In this document: one piece after another, positions 21,289-31,656 of the stretch
Layout: each line of letters begins with the position of its first letter
Numbering within the stretch: position 1 is the first letter of the stretch
Source: an uncultured delta proteobacterium
GTDB taxonomy: Bacteria > Desulfobacterota > Binatia > Binatales > Binataceae
DNA length: 64,000 bases
Assembly: GCA_963711565.1 (NCBI GenBank)
Contig: CAVQEQ010000001.1
Span: forward strand, 1,120,001-1,184,000
Reading direction: 5' to 3'
Translations under genes and position numbers: made by a program
Notes under the pieces: generated by a model
Told to the model about the DNA's origin: nothing
The model's database searches: none
The model's input: the letters and a program-made list of their open reading frames with translations, nothing else

Positions 21289-21660
21289 CTACTCGCCCGG
21301 ACGCGGCGGAATCGCGACGAAGTTGCCCGGATTCTCAGTCATCGCCTCACGAATATCCGGATGCGCGGAGAAGAAATCGCCGAGTTCGGGATGATTTTTC
21401 GCATAGCCTTCGTTATCGATCAGCGACGGCTTGTAGGCGAGTGCGCGAGCGATGTCGGGATGCTGACTGGCGAAGTCGCTCCATACCTGAAGCTTCTGCA
21501 TGTCCAAGTCGCTCGTGTCGGCGGCCATAAAGATGGTCGTGGTATTTCCGTTGACGACGGTTCCCAGCGTTTTTCCTTCCTGTGCAATCGCAGGAGCCGC
21601 GAACGCGACGGGAATCGCCACCGCGAACAGCAAAGTAGATAAGCGGGTCATTTGTTTCAC
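21289..21660 (-). CDS. Secreted hypothetical protein, paralog 2
   Basis: Shares AIAQEG-x-T-x-GTVVNGNTTT and HP-x-IREAMT-x-NPGN-x-VAIPPR-x-GE with 20765..21127. Confidence 0.8.
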   Translation of the reverse strand: MKQMTRLSTLLFAVAIPVAFAAPAIAQEGKTLGTVVNGNTTTIFMAADTSDLDMQKLQVWSDFASQHPDIARALAYKPSLIDNEGYAKNHPELGDFFSAHPDIREAMTENPGNFVAIPPRPGE

Positions 21661-21788
21661 CTCGCCGGTGTTGGATTATCGACAAACCAGTACACCTTGA
21701 GAGAGCAAATCTCGTACCGAAACTTTTCCGCTCTTTTCGGTTAGTATGTCGGGGACCGCCTACTGAGTATGACGGCATTACTTACATA

Positions 21789-22481
21789 CTATTCGTGTTT
21801 GCCCGATGTTCGCCCCTGCACTATTGGCGCTGATGTTCGAGCACTCCGCGAGTAGTTCAGCTTCGGGGGCGCGGAGGCGCCACCCGACATGATGAAGGTC
21901 ATTGCCTCGTTGATTGTCCAATCAAGCATGACGAGGCGGCTGGTTGGGACCAATTCCATGTAGCCGGAGGTCGGGTTGGGCGTGGTCGGCACGTAAACCG
22001 CGGCAATCTCCTCGCCAGTGTCGGCGTCGTTGAAAATCCTGGTTACCAGGCCGACGGTTTTCATGTCCGGCGAGGGGAACTCTATCAAGACGACGCGTTG
22101 GGAACCGCCGGGCTGGGTCTGAAAGCTGGCGACGAGCTGACGCGCGGCGCCGTAGATTGATTGCACGACTGGGATTCGCGCCATCAGGTAGTCAAACGTG
22201 CCTAGCAGGCGGCGTCCCGCAACGGCAGTCGCAATCTCGCCAAGGAGGTACAGGCCAGCGAGGACGATCGCGACCGAGATCGTTCCTTGAAACCATTCCG
22301 CGGAAAACCCTTCGGCGAGCGCCGGCGAATGAATCCGCAGCCAGGATACGAACGCGCTGACGAACGGACTGCCGAGCGCGACCAGCAGCCCGACCAGGAA
22401 ACTGATCACCCATATGGTGATCCAGATCGGAATGAACGTCAGAATTCCCGCCACGATATTGCGACGGATCTTGGTGAGCAT
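21789..22481 (-). CDS. DUF502 domain membrane protein
   Basis: AGILTFIPIWIT, RIPVVQSIY, VLIEFP, VYVPTTPNPTSGY, AMTFIMSGG. Confidence 0.92.
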   Translation of the reverse strand: MLTKIRRNIVAGILTFIPIWITIWVISFLVGLLVALGSPFVSAFVSWLRIHSPALAEGFSAEWFQGTISVAIVLAGLYLLGEIATAVAGRRLLGTFDYLMARIPVVQSIYGAARQLVASFQTQPGGSQRVVLIEFPSPDMKTVGLVTRIFNDADTGEEIAAVYVPTTPNPTSGYMELVPTSRLVMLDWTINEAMTFIMSGGASAPPKLNYSRSARTSAPIVQGRTSGKHE

Positions 22482-22490
22482 CGACGAGTG

Positions 22491-23096
22491 TTACCCTCCC
22501 GCGCGCGCCGGTTCGGCGTAGCGGCGGCGCAGAGCGATCGCGGCGAAAACCGTTATCGCGATCGCGACGACAGCGATCGCGAGCAGCATCCAGATGTACG
22601 CCTCGACTTCGGTGCCAACCACGGCCGCGAACGCGAGCACGATGCTGACCCAATAGAAGCCGCGGTCGAAATGCACGCCCGCCAGGAAGCAGGTGACCGC
22701 GAGAGTCAGCAGTGTCATCAGCGCGACCGCGTCGGCGTCCATCTGTCCGCGCGCGAGTTGCAGGAAAATTATCCGCACGGCGACGATCGGTCCGAGCCAG
22801 TGCAGCCCTTGGGTCAGAATGCGCCACCAAACCGGACCCGGATGAGGCCGGGGTCCGTGCAATTCGTGCCACACGCTCACTAATCCGAAGATCGGGAACA
22901 TCGCGCTCCAGTAAAAGCGCGCTTGCAGATGATTCACGTTCGTCAGGAACAGACCGATCATTACGAGGACGCACAAGGCGCCGATCATCAAGAGCTGTCG
23001 CAGCATCGCGGCTTCGATCCTGCTCGCCCATCGCGACGCAGGCGCCGCCGGCGTCGTCGGATTCGGCGCGACTGTCTGAGATTCCGTTTCACTCAT
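22491..23096 (-). CDS. Hypothetical multi-pass membrane protein
   Basis: About six hydrophobic segments; tightly co-oriented with neighbours. Confidence 0.7.
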   Translation of the reverse strand: MSETESQTVAPNPTTPAAPASRWASRIEAAMLRQLLMIGALCVLVMIGLFLTNVNHLQARFYWSAMFPIFGLVSVWHELHGPRPHPGPVWWRILTQGLHWLGPIVAVRIIFLQLARGQMDADAVALMTLLTLAVTCFLAGVHFDRGFYWVSIVLAFAAVVGTEVEAYIWMLLAIAVVAIAITVFAAIALRRRYAEPARAGG

Positions 23097-23109
23097 GCCA
23101 ATCGACCTA

Positions 23110-26100
23110 TCACCAGGTATCGATGTTGGGCCGCTTCTTGCCGGCGCGCGGCGCTTTCGGTGGCGTCGATCGCAGGCCCGCGACGATCCATTTGCGCGAG
23201 TCGAGCGGATCGATGACGTCGTCGATCTCGAAATGCGACGCGGTGTTGACCGCCTTGCCGTGGCGGTACATCCGATCGACCATCTCGTCGAAGAGTTCTT
23301 TGCGCTTCTCAGGATCCTCGACCGCCGCGAGCTCGTTGCGGTAGCCGAGCTTCACCGCTCCTTCCAGTCCCATGCCGCCGAACTCTCCAGTCGGCCAGGC
23401 GACGGTAAAAATCGGCGCCTTGAAACTGCCGCCTGCCATCGCCTGCGCGCCCAATCCGTAACCCTTGCGCAGTATGATCGTAAAGAACGGCACGCTGAGG
23501 TTCGAGCCCGTCACGAACATCCGCGACGCGTGACGTACCAGCGCGGTCTTCTCGACCTCCGGGCCAACCATGATGCCGGGAGTGTCGCACAGGAACAGCA
23601 ACGGGAGATCGAAGGCGTCGCACAGTTGCATGAAGCGCGCGGCCTTGTCGGCGCCGTTGCTGTCGATCGCGCCGGCGAGATGGACCGGGTTGTTGGCGAT
23701 CAGTCCGAGCGGAACGTCCTTCGATCCTTATCAGCGCCGTCACCATCCCAGGGCCGAAATGCCGGCGAACTTCGAGCACCGATCCAGCATCAGCGAGAGT
23801 CTCGATAACAGCTCTGACGTCGTAGATGCGGAGTCGATTCTCGGGGATGATCGTACGGAGCAGGCGCTGATCGGCGCATAGCCAGTCGCGAACTTCGCCC
23901 TGAAAGTACGATAGGTACTTCCTGGCTACTTGTACCGCTTCGGCTTCGTCGGCGACGGGAATGTCCACTACGCCATTAGCTACTTGCACCTCCATCGGCC
24001 CTACTTCTTCCGGCCGGAAGATACCCAGTCCGCCGCCTTCGATCATCGCGGGACCACCCATTCCTATATTCGATCCCTTGGTCGCGATTACTACATCGCA
24101 GCATCCCAGTAGTGCGGCGTTGCCGGCGAAGCATCTGCCCGAGTTGATACCTACCAGCGGCACAAGGCCGCTCAATTTTCCCCAGTAGTTGAAGGCCATG
24201 CAGTCGAGGCCGGCGACGCCTAAACCGTCGGTGTCGCCGGGGCGTCCGCCGCCGCCTTCGGTGAAGAAGACCACGGGCAGGCGCGACTTCTGCGCGATTT
24301 CGAACATCCTGTCTTTCTTGCGATGGTTTTGCTGTCCTTGCGTGCCGGCGAGCACGGTGTAGTCGTACGACATCAGGATGCACTGCGCTTTGGATTCGTC
24401 GAACAGGTCGCCGTTGACGCGCCCGATGCCGGCAACCATTCCGTCGGCCGGCGTGTTCTTGACCAGGTCCTCGATCGTGCGCCGCCGCCGCTGCGCGGCG
24501 ATCACGAGCGGGCCGTATTCGACAAAGGTGCCGGGATCGCAGAGGTCTTCGATGTTTTCGCGAGTGGTGCGCTGGCCGGTCTTACGCCGGCGCGCGACCG
24601 CGTCGGGCCGTGAGGCGTCGAGCCCGAGCGCATGACGATTGACGACTTCCGCCAGATCTGGACGCACGCGATCCAGGTTCACCTGCTGGGCTTCTGCGGT
24701 ATCCGTCATTTCAACGTCGGCTTCCTCGATGAAGGCGAGTGGATGTCCTTCGAAGATCGCGTCGCCCTTGGCAACGGTGATCCGCCGCACGATTCCGCTC
24801 TTGTCGGCCGCGATGACGTGCTCCATTTTCATCGCTTCCATCACGAACAGTTGCTGGCCGCGATGAACGCGGTCGCCTTCGCTCACGTCGACCGAAACGA
24901 TCGTGCCTTGCATCGGCGCCTCGATCGCCACCGTGTTTTCCGGCGAGGTGATGTCGTGCACCTGCGGCGTCACGAGTGTAGTGGTCGCCGCAATTGGCGA
25001 CGGCGCACCGCTGCCGGATTTGCCGTGATGGAGCACGGCGAGTGGATCGCTGGCGTCGATCTTTGCGCCTGCACGACGCCCGCCTGCATTCTCGGCACTG
25101 GCTCTGGGAGCCGCAGCTGGACGATCGAAGAACAACCGGCGATGCCCGGATTCCGCGTCGCCAACCAGCGCCGCGATATTGTCCTCGACGAAGCGCGTGT
25201 ACACCCGATTCGCGATGAACTCGGGATGCCGCAGCAGGCTCTGGAGGAATCCGATGTTCGTCGGCACGCCCTCGATTCTGAATTCGCAGAGCGCGCGATA
25301 GGTCCTGGTCACCACGTCGGCGAAGTCCGCCGAGTGCGAATGCGCGATGAGCTTGGCGAGCAGCGAGTCGAAGTTGGGGCTCGTCGTGTAACCCGCGTAG
25401 GCGAACGAATCGATCCGCACACGCGGTCCCGACGGCGTCTCGAACGCGGTGATTGTCCCGCCCGCCGGCTTCGCGCTGCCGTCGGCGCGCATCGATTCCA
25501 TGTTGATTCGCACCTGCATCGCGATTCCGCGCGGTTTCGGAATGTCCGCCTGCTGCATCCCAAGTTCCACGAGTGAGCTGCCCGACGCGAGTTGAATCTG
25601 CAGCTTGACGAGATCGATGCCTGTCACTTCTTCCGTGACGGTGTGCTCGACCTGGAGGCGCGGATTGGCCTCGATAAACGCGAAGCCCGCTTCATCGCTC
25701 GCAGACGCGTCGGCGTTGACGAGAAACTCGAACGTGCCGAGGTTGTCGTAACGCACTTCCTTCGCCATGCGTACTGCGGCGCCGGTCAGCCGATCGCGAA
25801 TCGCCGGCGCGAGTCCGGGGCTCGGCGCTATCTCGACGATCTTCTGATTGCGCCGCTGAATGCTGCATTCGCGCTCCCACAGGTGGCTGACGTTGCCCGA
25901 GCCGTCGCCGATGATCTGGACTTCGACGTGCCGCGCGCGCGGCATCAACTGCTCGACGTAAACGTCGCCGTTGCCGAACGACGCGCGCGCTTCCGACTGG
26001 CAGCGCTTGTATGCTTCGTCGATTTCCTCGACGCGCGAGACGGCGCGCATCCCGCGGCCGCCGCCGCCGGCGACCGCTTTGATCATGATCGAGGCGCCCT

Positions 26101-26554
26101 CGCCCAGCGACGAAAAAAAGTCTCGCACTTCTTCGAGCCTGGTCGGCCCCGAGGTGCCGCGCAGGATCGGCACGCCGCATCGCCCGGCCAGCGCGCGCGC
26201 CTGCACCTTGTCGCCGAACAGCTCGAGCATCTCGGCTCGCGGTCCAACGAACGTGATGTTCTCGGCGGCGCAGCGCCGCGCAAAGGCGGCGTTCTCGCTG
26301 AGAAAGCCGTAGCCGGGATGAATCGCGTCGCAGGCCGCCTCTTTGGCGAGCGCAATAATCTGCTCGCCGTCGAGGTACGCCGCCGCACCGGTGCCGCTCA
26401 GACGGCGGGCCTCGTCGGCCTTGCGGGTGTGGAGCGAAGTGGAATCGTCGTCCGGGAAAACGGCCACGGTGCGGATGCCCATCTCGGCGGCCGCACGCAT
26501 GATTCGAATTGCGATCTCGCCGCGGTTGGCGATCAGAAGACGGTTCGGCGTCAT
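23110..26554 (-). CDS. Single-chain biotin-dependent acyl-CoA carboxylase (BC-BCCP-CT), one frameshift at ~23713
   Basis: ANRGEIA, HPGYGFLSEN, RLQVEH, EAMKM, GGGGRPGD, CDTPG; removing one T in GGA CGT [T]CC GCT restores RIEGRPLGLIANNP. Confidence 0.9.
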
Positions 26555-26706
26555 AGTTCTCTCGTCTCTTTTGGCGCAGGAATCCCGCGCCTGAACCTGT
26601 ATCTAAAGCATGATGAGCCCGCCGCGTGAAAGCGCTGCAGGTGCTCCTGCAGAAACCTCGTTGAAGCGGGTGCCGAAGCACAGCTATAGTTTTAGCGATT
26701 GATCGC

Positions 26707-27597
26707 ATGCGATTTCGGATCAAACACGTCACTCGATACGTTTACGAACAGCCCGCCTCTCATTCGCACAATGACGTGCGGCTCGCGCCAATCGACGCGC
26801 CGGATCAGAAGCGCGTGGCATTCAGGCTTAACGTCACTCCGGCGGCCGAGATCTCCGAGTATCGAGACGCGTTCGGCAACCTCACGCATTCGATCGACAT
26901 CCAGCCGCCGCACACCGAGCTGGTCATCAGCTCGTCTTCGGTAGTCGATCGGTTCGCGCTGCCGGCCCAGCCTGCGACGCGAATCACGTTTCACGATTAC
27001 CTGATAGATGATTTGGACAGGATGAAGGAATACTCGGAATTTCTGAACCCGAGCCGTTATGTTCCGTTCAGCGATCGCTTGCGAAGATTCTTCTGGTCGG
27101 TGCGGCCTCAGCTGGCCGAGGACATCACGGCGTACACGGAGCGTATGATTCGCTACGTTCGCAATCAGTTTGGCTACGACAGCGGCACCACGCACGTACA
27201 CTCGACCGTCGATGACATACTCACTAGCGGCGGCGGAGTGTGCCAGGATTTCGCGCACCTTAGCATAGGACTCCTCCGGCTGGCTGGAATTCCCGCCCGC
27301 TATGTCTCCGGCTACTTAGCGCCTGATCCACATCGGAAGCCCAACTCGCCGCCGCCCGAACTGGCTAGCCACGCCTGGATCGAGGCGCTTTTGCCTGGTA
27401 CCGGATGGACGGGATTCGATCCGACACATCGCACTCGCACGATGATTCGCCACATAAGACTAGCGGTAGGCCGGGACTACAACGACCTACCCCCGGTGTC
27501 GGGTGTCTATACCAGTTCCGGTGGCAGCCGTCGCATGGCCTATGAGCTGGAAGTAAGTCTCGCGAGCCAGGAAAGTTCTGAGGGCCTCAACGGATAG
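26707..27597 (+). CDS. Transglutaminase-like family protein (with Bact_transglu_N domain)
   Basis: IKHVTRYVY, DAFGN; triad GVCQDFAH / HAWIE / FDPT; GRDYND. Confidence 0.92.
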   Translation: MRFRIKHVTRYVYEQPASHSHNDVRLAPIDAPDQKRVAFRLNVTPAAEISEYRDAFGNLTHSIDIQPPHTELVISSSSVVDRFALPAQPATRITFHDYLIDDLDRMKEYSEFLNPSRYVPFSDRLRRFFWSVRPQLAEDITAYTERMIRYVRNQFGYDSGTTHVHSTVDDILTSGGGVCQDFAHLSIGLLRLAGIPARYVSGYLAPDPHRKPNSPPPELASHAWIEALLPGTGWTGFDPTHRTRTMIRHIRLAVGRDYNDLPPVSGVYTSSGGSRRMAYELEVSLASQESSEGLNG

Positions 27598-27605
27598 GAC
27601 TTCTT

Positions 27606-28484
27606 TCAGGACTTAATCTCTTCGGAACCGTCCAATCGCTTCGATAGGTCTATCGGATCGCCCACTGTTACCTGACCAGGATCGACCTGATAGGCCCATA
27701 CCTCGAACCTGGTAAGGCGCGCGGGTCCATACACAGTTGCAAAGGCGCACTCGACCGCGTCTAACCCATGCGCGATCTTGATCCGCCCTATCCTGGGTTC
27801 GTTGTAGCGCGCATCGAAGACGTGCCATTGGCCGCCTAGATAGACTTCGCTATAAGCGTGAAAGTCCATCGGGGAGCCGGGATCCACATGTCCTATATCG
27901 GGCAGATGACCGGTGACGTAGCGCGCCGGTATGTTGAGCGCCCGGCACAACGCAATTGTGCAATGAGCAAAGTCGCGGCACACTCCATAGCCGCGTTCGA
28001 TAATCTGCGCGGCTGATATGTCGGGTCTTCCCGAAGCAAAGCGGTACTCGATGTTGTTATGGACCCAGTCGGAGATGGCCTGCACCTGAGCGCCCGCGTC
28101 ATATACGTGTCCGAAGTTCTCCCTTGCGAACGCGAATAGCTTGTCCGAATCGCAATATCTGCTTGGTAGGAGATAGCGGAGAAAGGCGGGCTCAAGCGTG
28201 GCGACGGACGGCGCGTTGCCGAACTGGTCGGACTTGTCGGACGCGGTGGACACCTCCACCAGCGCGTCGTGCCGAATCTCGTTTAATCCGGCTTGCAGGA
28301 TCACCCGGTAGGCGACGTTGCCCTCCGCGTCGGCGAACGATTCCGACTTTGCAGCGCTTCCGAAGTCGAGTTTTTCCTGCCTTATAGGACGCTCCGGATC
28401 GAATTTCGGATTTACCAACAGTATGACGGTTGCCGACGATTCGCATTCGAAGTGGATATTGCAGCCGACGCGAACCGTAAGCAT
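27606..28484 (-). CDS. Transglutaminase-like family protein
   Basis: YLLPSRYCDSD, GVCRDFAH, PMDFHAYSE, FDAR. Confidence 0.92.
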   Translation of the reverse strand: MLTVRVGCNIHFECESSATVILLVNPKFDPERPIRQEKLDFGSAAKSESFADAEGNVAYRVILQAGLNEIRHDALVEVSTASDKSDQFGNAPSVATLEPAFLRYLLPSRYCDSDKLFAFARENFGHVYDAGAQVQAISDWVHNNIEYRFASGRPDISAAQIIERGYGVCRDFAHCTIALCRALNIPARYVTGHLPDIGHVDPGSPMDFHAYSEVYLGGQWHVFDARYNEPRIGRIKIAHGLDAVECAFATVYGPARLTRFEVWAYQVDPGQVTVGDPIDLSKRLDGSEEIKS

Positions 28485-28485
28485 C

Positions 28486-29112
28486 TTATCCGCCGTTGCG
28501 AACCCGCTCGAAGAAATCAGCGAACAGCGGCAGATAAAGTGGATCCCGTTCGGGATGATACTGCACCCCAATCGCGTAAGGATGCGACCGGATTCGCGCC
28601 TGCTCGACTATATCGTCGCTCGCAGACCACGCCTCGACCTCGATTCCATCGGCTAGCTTCTCAAGCGCCTGGTGATGGGAGCTGTTCACCGCCGCGAAAC
28701 GATGAACCGCCTTCGAGCTGTGCCTGAGCGGCTGGACGTTATCTCTCTCGTAGTTGTCGTGGCCGGGAATATCTATGTGCAAGGTCCCGCCCATAGCTAC
28801 ATTAAGGACTTGCAGACCTCGGCAAATCGCCAGGATAGGTTTTCCTGAAGAAAGCACCTCGCGAGCAGCCTCGAACTCCCACACATCGCGCGCGCAATCA
28901 GTGTCCACAATCAACGACGGTTCCGCGACAGGCTGGCGCAGAAAACCGAGCGAGATGTCGCCGCCGCCGGTCAGCATCAACGCGTCCATCAGTGCGAGAT
29001 CGACCGGATGCAATCGAGCATTGTGCACCGTCAAATGCGGATAACGGCTGAATATAAGGTCGAACCAATGTTCGTCGCATTGGCGAATCCACGTCGCGAT
29101 ACTCGGCATCAC
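28486..29112 (-). CDS. Peptidase C26 / gamma-glutamyl-GABA hydrolase (PuuD-like class I GATase)
   Basis: LTGGGDI, AICRGLQVLNV, VNSSHHQ, GVQYHPE. Confidence 0.9.
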   Translation of the reverse strand: MMPSIATWIRQCDEHWFDLIFSRYPHLTVHNARLHPVDLALMDALMLTGGGDISLGFLRQPVAEPSLIVDTDCARDVWEFEAAREVLSSGKPILAICRGLQVLNVAMGGTLHIDIPGHDNYERDNVQPLRHSSKAVHRFAAVNSSHHQALEKLADGIEVEAWSASDDIVEQARIRSHPYAIGVQYHPERDPLYLPLFADFFERVRNGG

Positions 29113-29220
29113 TTGAGACTACGGCTGCCGGCCGGTTGTCGCAAATTCATCGCGGCGCCGCTCTTGCGACGAATCGGCGCGCAACCTATGTACTGTGTGT
29201 TCGCGAGGGGGCAGGTGAGC

Positions 29221-30942
29221 ATGAAGATTCAGAAATTTGCATTGGCGGCAGTAATCGCGACGCTGTGCTGCGGCACCGCGTCCATCGCCGCCAATTCTCC
29301 GGCGCCCTCTCCCGTAACGAGCGCGCCGACTCCCCCTACGAGCGCAGCGCCTCAAGGTTTCGATGACCTCGTTACTCTGATCGCAAGCGGCACGCTGGCC
29401 GACCTGCACTGGCCCAACTTCTCGGACTATCGTGACTACGTCAAAAAATTCTACGACGCGGGCGGCGATTCGATTGCGTGGATTCAGAACGGCAAGGCCA
29501 GCCCACAGGCCGTCTCGATGATTCTCCAGTTTCAGCAGGCGGCGTTGAAAGGCCTCAATCCCGAGGACTATGACGCCTCGCTGTGGGACGCTCGGCTGGC
29601 CAAGCTGCAGCCGACGGCGGCGAAACCGTCAGACACCGACCTTGCACATATCGATCTGGCGCTGACGGTGGCCGCGATGCGCTACATTTCCGACCTCCAT
29701 ATTGGAAGGGTTAATCCGCAGCACTTCAAGTTCGGCCTGACGATGGGTCCCGCACGACTCGACCTGGCCGATGTGCTGAGGACGCAGTTGCTGCCGGCGT
29801 CGGACGTTCCGGCGGTCCTCGCGAAAGTCGAACCGCCTTACGATGGTTATCGACGCGCCGAAGACGCGCTCCTCACGTATACCAAGATGGCAGGCACGCC
29901 CGACACTCCGCCGATACCGATGCCGCAAAAGGGCGTGCGCCCCGGAAATTCATATGCGTCGATGCCTCAGTTGATCGCACGATTGCATCAGCTCGGCGAC
30001 CTTCCATCCAGCGCTGACGTGCCTGCCGACTCGACTTTGTATCAAGGTGCGGTCGTCGAAGCCGTGAAACATTTCCAGCAACGGCACGGCCTCGATATTG
30101 ACGGGGTGTTGGGCAAGGGCACAGTGACCGAATTGAATGTACCGCTCAAGACGCGTGTGCAGCAGCTTCAGCTCACACTGGAACGATACCGTTGGATACC
30201 GCCGGACTTCCCCGAGCCGCCAATCGTCGTCAACATCCCGGAATTTAAGCTACGTACCCTGCGACGCCAGCCTGCGAGCTACCTGACCATGAGAGTAGTC
30301 GTCGGGAGGGCGATGCGCACGCAGACGCCGGTGTTCGCGCAGAACATGAAGTATCTAATCTTCCGGCCGTATTGGCTGGTTCCCACGTCGATCCTGCGCA
30401 ACGAGCTAATCCCGAAGGCGCGGCGCGATCCGAACTACCTGGCAGATAAGGGATTCGAAGTAGTTGACCGAAGCGGCAATGTCGTCCCTTCATCGCCGGC
30501 GTCGGACGACGTTATAGACGGCCTGCGTTCCGGCTCGCTGAGCGTGCGGCAGAAGCCCGGACCCAAAAATGCGCTCGGCCTGGTCAAGTTCATATTCCCC
30601 AATCAGTACAACGTTTATCTGCACAGCACGCCGGAACCGGAACTGTTCGCGCGGTCGCGGCGCGACTTCAGCCACGGATGCATCCGGGTTGAAAGGCCCG
30701 CGGATCTGGCGGCGTGGGTGCTGCGCGGCAAGCCAGGGTGGACGATGGACAAAATTCAGGCCGCAATGAATAGTGGCCCCGATAACGTGCAGGTGAATCT
30801 CGACAAACCTATTCCAGTGCTGATTCTCTATAGTACGGCGGTAGTAGAACCGGACGGCGAAGTAAGATTCTTCGACGACATATATGGCTATGACAAGTCG
30901 CTGAACAAGGTACTCGCGAACGGCCCTCCGTACCCAAGTTGA
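29221..30942 (+). CDS. L,D-transpeptidase (YcbB/LdtD-like)
   Basis: Signal peptide; PG-binding FQQRHGLDIDG; VNIPEF; RQKPGPKNALG; YLHSTP...SHGCIRV. Confidence 0.93.
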   Translation: MKIQKFALAAVIATLCCGTASIAANSPAPSPVTSAPTPPTSAAPQGFDDLVTLIASGTLADLHWPNFSDYRDYVKKFYDAGGDSIAWIQNGKASPQAVSMILQFQQAALKGLNPEDYDASLWDARLAKLQPTAAKPSDTDLAHIDLALTVAAMRYISDLHIGRVNPQHFKFGLTMGPARLDLADVLRTQLLPASDVPAVLAKVEPPYDGYRRAEDALLTYTKMAGTPDTPPIPMPQKGVRPGNSYASMPQLIARLHQLGDLPSSADVPADSTLYQGAVVEAVKHFQQRHGLDIDGVLGKGTVTELNVPLKTRVQQLQLTLERYRWIPPDFPEPPIVVNIPEFKLRTLRRQPASYLTMRVVVGRAMRTQTPVFAQNMKYLIFRPYWLVPTSILRNELIPKARRDPNYLADKGFEVVDRSGNVVPSSPASDDVIDGLRSGSLSVRQKPGPKNALGLVKFIFPNQYNVYLHSTPEPELFARSRRDFSHGCIRVERPADLAAWVLRGKPGWTMDKIQAAMNSGPDNVQVNLDKPIPVLILYSTAVVEPDGEVRFFDDIYGYDKSLNKVLANGPPYPS

Positions 30943-30991
30943 TTAGCTAGTCCAATAGTCATTCGCGAGCTTTTCGATCGAGCGGAGAAAC

Positions 30992-31000
30992 TGGTAAAAT
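30992..31000 (+). promoter_or_regulatory. Extended -10 promoter giving a probable leaderless transcript
   Basis: TGgTAAAAT ends 6 nt before the ATG at 31007. Confidence 0.55.
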
Positions 31001-31006
31001 AATTTT

Positions 31007-31162
31007 ATGGCCAGGAAGAACGTCAGATTTGTGGCTACGAAGACGGTCGCAAAGCCTGCGAGGGTCAGATTCAAGACCAAATCGGGGCAAACCGTTTCCT
31101 TCAAGGCCGTCAAGACCGTAAGGGAAAGAAAGGTAGTCAAGTTTCGCGCCGTCCAAAAATGA
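31007..31162 (+). CDS. Small, highly basic 51-aa protein coupled to the PIN gene (not in ORF track)
   Basis: MARKNVRFVATKTVAKPARVRFKTKSGQTVSFKAVKTVRERKVVKFRAVQK; its stop overlaps the PIN start (ATGA). Confidence 0.7.
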   Translation: MARKNVRFVATKTVAKPARVRFKTKSGQTVSFKAVKTVRERKVVKFRAVQK

Positions 31163-31638
31163 GGCGCATCTATCTCGACAGCAATATTCTGATATCGCAC
31201 TTTTCTAAAGATAAAGCGGAAGAGATCAAGCGTCAGATGGTCGGGAACTCCTTGACTGTCTTCGGCGACCTCAGAGATGTTCAGCTTTGCACTTCGATGT
31301 GGGCGATTACGGAGATGGTCAACGTACTGGTTTCCCAGAAGAAAATTGACCGCGGAGAAGTTGCTGAAATCGAGAGCCAGCTCTCAAGCGAACGGCGGTT
31401 AGCGGGCCTAAAAATTCACTTCCTCGATGTGAGCCCGAGGAAGGACTATGACTTCATGGAATTCTTCTATCACGTCAGGCAGGGAATTCTCAGCTATCAT
31501 TCTGGCGTTGGCGACATCATTCATAGCGTTATTATGAAAAGTAACAACGTCTCGAATATCTTGACGTTTGACGAGAAGGACGACTTCAAGAGAATTCCTA
31601 ATCTGACCGTACTCCATCCGAAAGATGTAAGGTTGTAG
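31159..31638 (+). CDS. PIN domain (VapC-like) ribonuclease
   Basis: IYLDSNIL, AITEM, VGDIIH, ILTFDEKDDF acidic tetrad; visibly lower GC than flanks. Confidence 0.85.
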   Translation: MRRIYLDSNILISHFSKDKAEEIKRQMVGNSLTVFGDLRDVQLCTSMWAITEMVNVLVSQKKIDRGEVAEIESQLSSERRLAGLKIHFLDVSPRKDYDFMEFFYHVRQGILSYHSGVGDIIHSVIMKSNNVSNILTFDEKDDFKRIPNLTVLHPKDVRL

Positions 31639-31656
31639 TGCGGCCTTCGGGGACCT

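Noticed and set aside
30943-31200. 85-aa and 65-aa minus-strand ORFs
   Set aside because: Antisense to the 51-aa plus ORF, which has a promoter and translational coupling to the PIN gene
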